In this document: positions 11,619-22,273 of the stretch, one piece after another
How positions within the stretch are numbered: the first letter of the stretch is position 1
Layout: every line of letters starts with the position of its first letter
DNA from: Asterionella formosa
Taxonomy: Eukaryota
Direction of reading: 5' to 3'
NCBI GenBank assembly: GCA_002256025.1
Contig: NKIB01000241.1
Location: 1-34,328 of the forward strand
Length of the DNA stretch: 34,328 nucleotides
Made by a program: the position numbers and the translations under genes
Notes under the pieces: generated by a model
Seen by the model: only the letters and a program-made list of their open reading frames with translations
What the model was told of the DNA's origin: nothing
The model's database searches: none

Positions 11619-13049
11619 TCAAGGAATAATAACACGCATTGTCACTGATGCTGCACTTAACCCCCAAAACAGTTCAAGTTGATCCGCAGTCAACAAGTCC
11701 TCTCCCATCACTCGTTCAAATTTCCACCCCAAATGCGAGTGACAAAAACGGCAATAGGCAATTGTCCACGAGTATCCAGGGAACCAACTATCTTTCGTTT
11801 CCTTACCACCAGTGTACCATAAATGTTGTTCAGAAACGGCCCGTAATGTGATTGTTTGATGAATCACTCCATATTCGTTCACATACGCTCCTGACGTTCC
11901 TTCAGAACCAGCGACGGTAAACATATCTGTAGCAGAAGATAACTTGGTACTGCATAGTTTGCACAAAACATATGTTTGCTGTCGTTCTTGTTCTACCACT
12001 TTGTCATAAATATACCGTAGCCTCTCAACAGTGCCACCGGTTTTCAAAATGTATAGCTTGTCATGTTCTGACAGAGCCATATTGGAGGCCATGTAAAAGG
12101 AAAACGCCATTGGCTCGTCAGATGGTGGATTCAGATTCCAAGGCATTCTCAGCAGGACCGACTTGATCTGGTCGACCAACCTCCATGGCCACACCATCCG
12201 ATAGCAAAAGGAAGGAATAGCTGTCATCATAGACAAGGACGCCATAATGCCATCTTGACGCTGTAGACTGGATGATTGGGAACACATTGGCCTTTGAATG
12301 GGTGGTCGCTTTAATTCATCTTCAAATATTTCTTGTATTTGATAGAATTTCAAACCTACCAGGTCGTCGTCATTGTGGTATCTGCCATCTTGATCTGCAA
12401 CGCCGCCTACAATACGACATCGTCTCGTTCCCAACGCAGTCACAATAAGTTCGTCATATTCATCCACAACTTCTTCGTCACCATGTGTATACGTAACGGT
12501 CACAATGGTTCCAACACGTCCCAACAATGGGTCTCGTTCTATGGACGAGTCTCTTCGAATTCCATTTTCATTCAATGGAATTGGAGGTTCGTCGTCGTTT
12601 ACCAACAAACGTTGGTCTATAACATGCAAGCGAGATGCCCTCCTCGTCCAGCTTGATCGTTGACGATGCGACTGGACACGAGTTGGAATGTGTGTGAAAA
12701 TTCCAATTCGCACCTCCTTCCCCACCTCTATTAGTTGGCGAACATACTGGGCCCATTGTCGATGGACCAGTCGTAATGGCAGCGTGTTTCCTGGAAAGAC
12801 CACAACTCCTGGGAGTTGGAGGACAGGGAGCGTTGTTGTTGTATGATCAGTGACGACCCATCGATGCAATAAAATGTCTTGTGAAACAAAAAGTGAATGA
12901 GAAGCGCCAGGTAAGTAGGAATGATGCGAATAATTGGGACTGGAGTGTTGGTGTTGTGGTAAGGCGCTGGTACCACCATCGTCTAGATTCATCATGACTT
13001 CGTCGTGTTGATCCTCGCCTTCTATCTCTCCTTGATGATTTGTCAGCAT
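11619..13049 (-). CDS. CRBN: Cereblon homologue (Lon-N-like domain plus CULT/thalidomide-binding domain)
   Basis: LPVLQLPGVVVFPGNTLPLRL (Lon N-domain); SFYMASNM; Zn ligands CKLC and CRFC; YVNEYGVIHQT; SWFPGYSWTIAYC..CHSHLGWKF; FWGL. Uninterrupted 476-aa ORF. Confidence 0.95.
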   Translation of the reverse strand: MLTNHQGEIEGEDQHDEVMMNLDDGGTSALPQHQHSSPNYSHHSYLPGASHSLFVSQDILLHRWVVTDHTTTTLPVLQLPGVVVFPGNTLPLRLVHRQWAQYVRQLIEVGKEVRIGIFTHIPTRVQSHRQRSSWTRRASRLHVIDQRLLVNDDEPPIPLNENGIRRDSSIERDPLLGRVGTIVTVTYTHGDEEVVDEYDELIVTALGTRRCRIVGGVADQDGRYHNDDDLVGLKFYQIQEIFEDELKRPPIQRPMCSQSSSLQRQDGIMASLSMMTAIPSFCYRMVWPWRLVDQIKSVLLRMPWNLNPPSDEPMAFSFYMASNMALSEHDKLYILKTGGTVERLRYIYDKVVEQERQQTYVLCKLCSTKLSSATDMFTVAGSEGTSGAYVNEYGVIHQTITLRAVSEQHLWYTGGKETKDSWFPGYSWTIAYCRFCHSHLGWKFERVMGEDLLTADQLELFWGLSAASVTMRVIIP

Positions 13050-14373
13050 GATGGGAGTCTACTGAGACTCAGTGCTATATAAGTTGAGGTGGGTCTGTTG
13101 TCATCATGGAGCACAGCGAGAATTCTTGCTTTTGTTTCAGATGATACCTAGTACTGATGACCACCAGGTACCGTATGAGAGTTCGTTCAAAACGACAACA
13201 CATAGAAGTACGCACCAGGTATACCAGGTCCCAGGTACAAGACGATCACATCATGAGCACGTATGGAACACGGTGCCGTGTTTGAAGGTGCGTATGAAGT
13301 ACCGGTACCAGGTCCTCCACCTGATACCTGTACTAAATGTGTCCCCGGCAACGTACCTTACCACTGGTACGGACTCTGATTTGTGACGTAACAAAACATC
13401 AATTTCTATGAGACGCATGGTACATACTACGTTGTATTTGAGTACCGGTTCAGTTGTGTTCACGACTGACGTGATAATTACCAGGTATACAAATACAACA
13501 GCATACTACATGAATAATTTAGTTTTAAGGTCCTTCGCATTCCTCCTACCGGTACACATGTTGTCTTCGCCTTCAAATATATACTGGCATTCCAAGATAT
13601 ACTTTTGTTTAGCACGTACTGGCATGTCCATCAAAAGACTTGCATCTTTTTTTAGTGCACTGCAATTTCTTTCCAACATCAATGAATATAGAGTCCACAA
13701 CAACATCTTCAAGGCAAATCATTGACATCACATGGAGCACTTGTCATGTTGGATCATGGAATTGTGATGCCAGGGCAATAACTCCTTCGAATTCCTAACT
13801 TCATGTAGAAAGTATTCTATGTAAACATTGTCCCTCTTACATTTTCTGACAGTCCAACAATCTACCAACACGATGGACAGTTTAGAGGACAATGAGAAAT
13901 TTTGCTTTGAAGATCCCTAGAATTACTCTATTTTAGTATACTGATGATCAAACCAAATATTGCTCTTCAAACAGCATCAATCCAATTTCATTGCTGACAA
14001 TAGTTGGCTCATTCACCATGATGCCAACCATGATTAAAACAGAGGGATAAAACTCTTGCAAAGGAAGTCAACTAAAAAGGAAAAGTGGATGATCTAAAAT
14101 AATCAATTCTTTAAATAAGCTACATGACATTACAGCAGGGGACATCGAAGGATAGCTAATTCCGCCAGAAACAACAAGCACAGTTCTCCATATGCATGTC
14201 TGACTTGATGATGTGTCAGTCGCACATGATATGTGGAACGTCTCAGGTTCACGTAGTTCTTGTACCAAGGTAGAACAACTACGTCTTGAAAATAAAATAA
14301 GGTAGTCTAATTGAAGGATTGCAGTAAAAGACGGTTTTTCTAGAAGGAAGAAATTGCTAAATCTCGTCTCATT

Positions 14374-14757
14374 TTAGTACCTCAAATTCCTCTGGGCAGG
14401 TGTTGGAGCAGCTGTTGGCCAAGGAGTTGAGACCGGCCAAGGATTTGGAGCAACTCTTGGCCAAGGATTTGGAATCGGCCAAGGATTTGGAGCAGGGGTT
14501 GGAGGAGGATCAACTGGAACCAAAGCCGCTGTTACCTTAAATGGAGCGTTGCATTCAAAGAATCCACTTGAAGCGTTGCAGACGCATGTCTTGATAGCAG
14601 ATACGCCGTGTCTGATCACCTGGTAGTTACATTCGAGACCAGGTACCGCACAGGTGATTGTTTTGGTCCTTTTGATGCGTTTACCAGGGCAGATCGGATC
14701 ATTAGCGAAAGCACCGCTTGTAAAAAGGCAGATCCCTACGGCGATAAAAATCTTCAT
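14374..14757 (-). CDS. Small secreted protein: signal peptide, six-Cys domain, Pro-rich tail with PWP repeats
   Basis: ATG at 14757 gives MKIFIAVGICLFTSGAFA (signal-like). Mature part has CP..C..C.Y..C.C..C, then PTPAPNPWPIPNPWPRVAPNPWPVSTPWPTAAPTPA, and ends RNLRY. Confidence 0.8.
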   Translation of the reverse strand: MKIFIAVGICLFTSGAFANDPICPGKRIKRTKTITCAVPGLECNYQVIRHGVSAIKTCVCNASSGFFECNAPFKVTAALVPVDPPPTPAPNPWPIPNPWPRVAPNPWPVSTPWPTAAPTPAQRNLRY

Positions 14758-15445
14758 CTTGTCGTTGTGGCAGATCACAAAATTGTCGACCTTTCGAACT
14801 TTTGTTCACTCTTTTATGTGATAGAAACATGAGACGACGACCTTGTACCAAAAAAAGCGAAACTCGCCAGATCTTTTCATTTTTGTCCAGTACATATATA
14901 TATAGATTTAATGTTGAATATGACCATTGTAACCAAGATCGAGCACATCACGTATCCATTAAGCATACCTAAATCACCACGATTTGGGATAATTAGGAAG
15001 CAATGGTACGAGTCAACGATATAACGTTTCATAGCAAGTATAAATACCGGTAGACTCAGTAATATGACAAATACTAGTGCATGAATTTCTATTTTTACCA
15101 TTGCCGGCGTCATAACATGGTTCTCTCAGCATTTGTATCTATGTTATAATGCTCGATGGAGAAATTTCTTGCTTATATGCGTCAGACTAACAATGCTTTC
15201 AAAATTGCCCTTTACTAAAGCCTTTCTGAGCCTACTCGGATATCGGTACCAATAAAAATCCAACAGTTTGACTAGGAACATGTGTTATGCCATTTACTAT
15301 AGCCCTTTTCATCAGAAAAAATTCTACAACTGGCTGCCGATAGGAGATAAGCCTTTCACCATACACCCGCAAATAAAGGGCCTTTTTAGCTCCTTGCTTG
15401 CGTAAAATATTGTGAGAGCCTCGCGTACCGGTACGAATGCTGGAG

Positions 15446-16290
15446 CTCGTGACGGATGGAAATTTTGCCCCGGTAAGTCGTCTAATGGCATGTCCTGTGT
15501 GCCAATGGTTATTTAAGAAATATTTTCCTTTTCTTTTCAATATAGTCGAATATTTTAACTTCTCACGACCCCCCTCTTTCCAAGGCGGAACCGCCGAAGT
15601 TGGTGGTACCTGGTACCATCATGGCAACTTGCATGCTGGTTTGTAGCAACAAATTGATAGGTCCATAATGCTTGCTTTTGCCAATGATTACAAATAATAC
15701 AGCTACTGTTGTGAATCAAGGAGCAGTAGATGCATTGATTATCACCACAAATTCTATATTTGTAAATTCATTTTCTATGAATATATAGAGTGAGCGCATT
15801 GTTTGTCTTCCTAACAAATGGTGACATCAGTAGATTTTTGGATATGGCTGGACACCTCATAGGACAGCAGGCAAATTGGCTTCCATGTGTGTCTACCTGC
15901 ACCTAACAGCCTCCTTCCTATACAGCAATCCCAAATCGCTCCAGTCTCTGAGCGAACATGGTGATGTTGAATCAAAGAGGATACACACCAGACTCCATTG
16001 CTGAGATTTTTTCCTCATCACTCTTTCTGTATGTCTTCATGCTGCACGAAATCGCAAATTGTGCCTAGTACTTCAGTAGGTTTATGAAAGATGACAGATC
16101 ATAAGAGCAAGGACATTCCAGCAATGACATTTGACAATCAACAGTTAAGGTGTCAAGGATTGTGACAACTCTGACACCAGCTGCAATGGTGGGCTTACCA
16201 TCTCCTCCACCACAATCATTGCCTTTCTGACTAGCAAGCCTCCACAAAAGCTCTATCCTCCAAATATATATTATGTAGTATCCAAATGTC
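15446..16290. mobile_element. Terminal segment of a probable DNA transposon, starting CTCGTGACGGATGGAAATTTTGC
   Basis: 15446-15603 and 16112-~16290 align with the reverse complement of 32710-32876 and ~32515-32696. Adjacent to the 3' end of transposase relic copy 2. Confidence 0.7.
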
Positions 16291-16504
16291 TGCAAATAGA
16301 AAACATCGTATTTGTGTTATGCATTGTATAATGACAAGCATATGATCATATAATTTCAATTTATCACATAATATGCATGAATAATGATTATCATCATAGA
16401 GAATATGTAAGTATAAAATATAGATACATGTATTTATGTGATGCTTACCATCACACTACAACAATCAGCAATTGCTCAATCAATTGACATTCATTACAAG
16501 CCTG

Positions 16505-16960
16505 TAATCGAAGTCCAAGGGCATGACAAGGTAAGCCAACATGTACTGATGAGCTTGAATAGAAAAAGGTTGTTCCTCTGATAGACATGATCTAACGCTT
16601 CCTCTTGCCCCCTTCCCTTCTCCTTCAGTGACAGGTATCGATCACTCAGTATGCCCCTTTAGCACAGGCAGCATATATATATGCATATTTGCCTCTCTGC
16701 AAGCAATTTCTTCATGAGACACTTCGATGTAAACATGATGACCTCAAGGCCACTAACTCCCAGCTTGACCCATTCCTTTGCTCTCTTTCAAGATGTCAGT
16801 AAACATTGACATGATGTGTCTCAAACTTGAATCAAGGTTGACGATTTCATGTGCATCTTGCCGTCGAGTTAAATTGGTATCATCTTAAGGTAAGGTTTTG
16901 ACATCAATCAACCCTCTTCTCCACAAGACTTGCATCAACCCCTTCGCCTTGCCTTCCTTG
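16505..16960 (-). pseudogene. Decayed DDE transposase C-terminus (copy 2, same family as 8775-9720)
   Basis: Reverse strand reads EGKAKGLMQVLWRRGLID, SSLRHIMS, ACAKGAY, VRSCLSE, AHQYMLAY, LDFD, in the same order as copy 1. Confidence 0.75.
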
Positions 16961-17393
16961 AATTATATATTCCTTGTCTTGTGGTTTCAATTTCATACCA
17001 GGAAAAAATTTCCGAAGCTCACATTTGTTTTTACCTTTTGACCTATGGTACAGTATGTACCACGCTAGATATACTATATCATTAGATGGTACAAGTCCTA
17101 TATAACGTTAACCTTATAGGCTCTCCTATACAGACCATATACTTGTTTACTCTCACTGTAGAGATTTACACAGTACAAACTGTGTATGTATACCACGTTA
17201 ACCATAAGTGAAAGGTGTACCCTTTTACATTACGCACACGACTACCATGGAACCCATACGTAGTACATACACATGGACTCGAGAGTGATCATGATTAGTA
17301 CGTGATGCTATACACACGATTACGGTACTAGTTTGTAGCTCGTAGTACATATTGCATTATGTACCCGCAGCTATTTGTTACGTGATAACTATC

Positions 17394-17983
17394 GGTACAG
17401 ATGTATCTCTAGAATAGATGTACCAATGCTAGGCTAAAACATGACACCTAGCATGGACTCTTGACGCCCAGTACATACCCTTCTCATCAAGACCCTTGTG
17501 AGTCTTCTTGGACTAGGAGCTAATATAGATACATTAATCATTAAGCTCATAATTACCCAGAACCTACTTATTAAATCCCGACAACCATAGGTTTGGTGTT
17601 GGCACCTCTTAAGCAAGGTCAGTGTTTTTTATTTCACTACTAGAGACATCATGTTGGCATGAATGTCGCGCACCAGGAGTCATTGGTACAGATATATCTC
17701 TAGAATAGATGTACCAATGCTAGGCTAAAATATGACACCTAGCATGATGGACTCTTGACACCTAGTACATAGCCTTCTCATCAAGACCCTTGTGAGTCCC
17801 CTTGGACTAGGAGCTAATATGGATACTCTAATCATTAAGCTCATAATTACCCAGAACCTACTTGGTAAATCCTGACAACCGTAGGGCACCTTTGGTGTTA
17901 GCACCTCTTAAACAAGGTCAGTGTGTTTTTATTTCACTACTAGAGACATCATGTCAGCATGAATGTCGCGCACCAGGAGTCAT
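17394..17983. repeat. Direct tandem duplication, two ~291-299 bp copies
   Basis: GGTACAGAT.TATCTCTAGAATAGATGTACC...GCACCAGGAGTCAT starts at 17394 and 17685. Confidence 0.95.
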
Positions 17984-18479
17984 CCGGAATGGACCAACTT
18001 CAACAGGCTAGATTAGAAGATGTTATATTGTTCCCAGCCACTTAAAGTTGTGGTTCATAGATTCCTAGAAATCAAGGTCCTTGTTCAAGAATGATGGTTG
18101 AGTGGATAATGGAATTCTTGTCACCACAGCTTCTATTCATTAATATTGAATTGAATCCATCAGGTTGACGCTTTGAATTCCCTGTTCACTTATCGAATAG
18201 GTAAGCAGACTTATAAGTTGGATGCATATTTAGAACATCAGTTTTTTCTTCGAATTGACACATCATATGATTGTTGTAGTTCCAGTATCTCGAAAACGTC
18301 AGCATAAAATGCCTTCTTCTAGTACCATGAGATTGCCTTGTTAGTACCACTTACTATAATTAAATCCAGTTTTCTTCACAACTAATTAAAGTAGCCTTGT
18401 GACTCAATGCATTCATATGTGCAGTCGTAGGCAGGTAATGTATAGAGTATTCTTTTTTACTTTGTACTACATACTGTAT

Positions 18480-21200
18480 ATTGTTTATGTCGTTGGTGAC
18501 GATAGGTACCAGGTGAAGTATCTAACTAGAAGTAGTACTAGTATTTGTTGAATGTATGAGCTTATTTGTTAATCCTTGTGTGTAACTCGTTCTCTAAGTC
18601 GACACCAAAGTATACAATATAAGGGTTAGTCGAGTTCTCTCATTATGGAGTTCTGATATATATGATATAACACGAACCGTATATACATCTGTATTGATGT
18701 GCAAGATCGCTCACTCTCCCACACCAAGGGAAAACCTTTTACCTTTGAAAAGGTTTGATGTAATGAATGTTAATTCGTTCCGTACTATGCATGGTTTGTT
18801 GAAAAGTAACCGTACCATTGGTATATATGGTTGAATAATAGAATAAGGACCTCATCCATGGTCATCCAAGGTATTAATAGAATCCAATAGGATTAAAATC
18901 TCACCAACTGTGTAATCGCAAGAACGACGACGGAAATTATCACGACGTAGACATTTGTCAATCATCACTTGTCGACCTTGATATCCCAATATCAATTGCA
19001 TATCTGTAATCAAAGGAATATTTAATATCATATCATGTTGGAAAACCCAGCCATATTCCTGGTGAAATAAACAATGTACTGGGGGGGGGGGGGATTAAAT
19101 ACGCAATTTCCTATAAATAGTAGCTCGAGCTGCATACATGTTGGAAAACCCAGCCATATTACTGGTGAAATACGCAATGTACTATAAATAGTAGCTCGAG
19201 CTGCATATGATGCATCTGCAAAACATGTATCCACGATATTCTGAGCTTGAAGTTCCTTGATTGGAGGATGAGCCTTTAACATAACTCGTAGACTATTACT
19301 GATAGATTGATGTAAACGTTCACGGATAGCAGTTGTTGATGGATTCTTGACTGCAACAATCCCAATTTTAATTCCATTCAAAGCTAACATGTGTATGAAA
19401 GGAATACCAGTAAATTGACCTCCATTGTAATGTATACAACCTTTTGGACGGAGATATCTGTCTAAACAATCCTTTTCAAATTTCACCGCAACATATTCTG
19501 ATGTCTTATTATTGATTTGTGAAATTTCTGGTAAATTGGTGACTGTGATAACTCAAGTTGGAGCACGAAATTCAATCGCTTGTGCAGCCACTGTTATCTT
19601 CCATGGAACAATGAAATCCATTGTGATTTCTGATCATTGTAGAAACAATGCATTCCTTGGTGGAAGTTCACCAAAAACCAGCACCAGGTAATTTTGTACG
19701 TTTTGACATGTTTCATATATGCTTGCTATATGTTTCACTCTTGCCTTAAAAAGTATTTCATCTTGTCATACCCACATGAGCTAATATCTGATGATACCAA
19801 TTAATAATAGGATCCAATGATAGTAATGTTGGAATAACAATACGTCAAGTATCTCCTGGATTCTTCACAAAGCATATTAAATGTATATCATGAAAATTGA
19901 TAAAGGGAAATTTTAACGGATGTGTTTGTTGATTGAGAATGAGATGTTTGGTTAGATTGAGAATCAATTGTATATCCAGCAATTGTCTATCATGTATTGA
20001 ATTATAATCCAGAGGATATTGAATATTGTCTGCCAAGATTGGATGATTGAGGAGACAGGCAAACAGAGGTACATGTCATCTAATTCAATTGAGAAAATAG
20101 AAGTGGATGTTGATGCTGAAGGTTCGGCCCAACTAAATCAATTGATAAAGTAGAAGTGGATTTTGATGCTGACGATTTCGGCCCAATATCATCCCCCACC
20201 AAAGACTCAAGCCTCGGGAGGCGAGAGATAGAATCTGTAATATTTGACCTTATCAGTACCTCTTCATATCGTGAAAAGTAAGAAGATATTCTTCAGTATA
20301 AAGCCTCCACCGGAGAACACGTTGATTTTCTGTGTAGGGCAATGTAGATTAAAAAAAGATCAGTGTGAACATGTAGAACCGCATTCAATAAAATAGAGCG
20401 AAATTCTTTGAAAGTTTCTTAATTGAAAATCAGAAACATTAGTAAAAAATATGGAAAGGAAAATTACGATCAGGATAGCTCATGAGTGTATCTGCAACTA
20501 ACAATGCTTTCATTGATTCAAAAGCTTGTTGATGTATGCATAGGTAACCATACAAATGGACCAGTTCCATGTAAATACTTTTTTAATTTTGAAGACCAAA
20601 ATTTGAAGTCGGTTGGAGTTTATCGATATCCCAATAAGCCAGTTTCTTCATTAGGCCATTTCATTCGGAATTGCACTGGATGACTTGTGGTTAAATACAT
20701 TTATTTCAGCCATAACAGCAGCTTTCCGTATCTGTATAGTTAGCAGCTTTAATACTCCATGTGTGAATATAATCCTCGATAGATGTATCAAAATAGAATA
20801 ATCCATCATGTAAATGTTCTGTATCATTGTAGAAATCAATGACATGCAGAAAAACACTGATATATCCACCACATAGGACATATTATTTTGTACAAAATCC
20901 ATCATAAATTATCCAGCTGGACAAAATGAGCAAACTCGCAGAATTTACTAAGACCAGGTACTTTTGTTGCAGGATACAAGCTGACGGATTAAATTTTGGG
21001 AGCATCATGCATGTTTTATGAAAGAGTACTGGCAAAGGAAGAAAAGATGGGATCATACCTGCTATGCATGGTATATATTAATTATAAATGTTCGATTTAC
21101 AACGAAATGTCCTTAAGTGAAATCCTTTCATAAGTTAAAGATCAGGACCCACCGCGATCAAGTAATATTCATCTTATGTCATGTATATACAACGCAGCCA
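18480..21200 (-). mobile_element. Heavily decayed Ty3/gypsy retrotransposon (RT-RNaseH-INT plus probable 3' LTR)
   Basis: Order RT (YVVDI), RNaseH (ETFKEFRSILL..LHVHTD; QRVLRWRLYTEEY), integrase (RYLRPKGCIHYNGGQFTG..KNP..AIRERLHQ), ending ERINIHYIKPFQR* at 18739. A purine tract GGGAGAG is followed by TG at 18713, the likely LTR start. Outer limits approximate. Confidence 0.85.
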
Positions 21201-21828
21201 CCAATCCTTGGGTCGTTAATGACATAGGAATGAAATGCAATTTAGCTTAGTATGCATTCTTAGGGAAAGAAAGAATGAGACCGGAATCAGGCCTTGAGAT
21301 GTGCATATGGAATGATATATTGAATCTACATTTGCATTTTAAAATATCCTGCGTTACAATAGCGGTGATATCCAACCTGTAATTATCCTGCAAATAACCA
21401 AAGTTATTCAGGTAATGATTGATGTAAGACATATTCAATGTGCTGTCGCTCATAAATATATATATATGTATGTATATTATTAAAATCAAAGCATTGTTGC
21501 TATTGTCGTACAAACTTCTGTTAAGGCGATCTGTTCAGCATTCTGCTGGTTTTTCAGGCACATCGGCCACTAACTGACCGACAGGATTCATGACCACTAA
21601 AATTTCCTGGGCAGATTCATGAAAGTTGGCAGGTATGGCCCTTGGCACAGTACCCTAAACAGACATCATCATAGGGTTAACCCATGGATTTGCTTGTATA
21701 AAACATGCACAGAAGAAAAGCATGAATAGGGTTAGCTGTGTTAGTATGATAATTTGCTCCGCATAGAATTTCTACACCAGAGGAACATGAACAGGAAAAG
21801 GGTTAGTAGTGTTAGTAATGTTAACTCA

Positions 21829-22237
21829 TGTCAAGAATATTAGCCCGAGTCACATGGATTGTGGATTCGCTTGTAATCAAACGAGTCGAATAATGCATTG
21901 CCACGTCAATCAGCTGTCTAACGAGATCAAAGATTGAAGATTTCTATGGAAATGTTAAGTGGAAAATCGAGGAGAGTCTTTGAACGGCTTTGCAGGAAGC
22001 AAAGATGCATGGAAAGGAAACATTTAGTTTAGCTTATAATTTAATTTGAGTTTTAGATTATCAACCGAGGAAACAGTGTGTTAATTGACAGGAAGGTCAA
22101 TAAGTCTATCTAGCAGGAAGGCTGGAAGCAGGGACAAGAAGAGAGAAAGTAAGAGGTACTAGGTAGTACTACGATCACGTAAGAGTCTACGTGAAGAGAG
22201 ACCCAGCTCGCAGGAAGGAGTACGGACCATTTCAACA
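21829..22237 (+). repeat. 5' LTR of copia C (409 bp)
   Basis: TGTCAAGAAT...TTTCAACA; direct repeat of 26705-27110 with about 21 substitutions and one 3-bp indel by manual alignment. Confidence 0.97.
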
Positions 22238-22273
22238 CGCTTTAAAGCGGATAGGTTTGAAAGGGTACTCAAG

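Noticed and set aside
13560..14290. Possible further transposase relic
   Set aside because: Only vague peptide fragments; no ordered motif series could be reconstructed.
21650..21825. Telomeric repeats (TAGGGTTA-like words, also TAACCCTAA near 27147)
   Set aside because: Isolated single words, not a tandem array.
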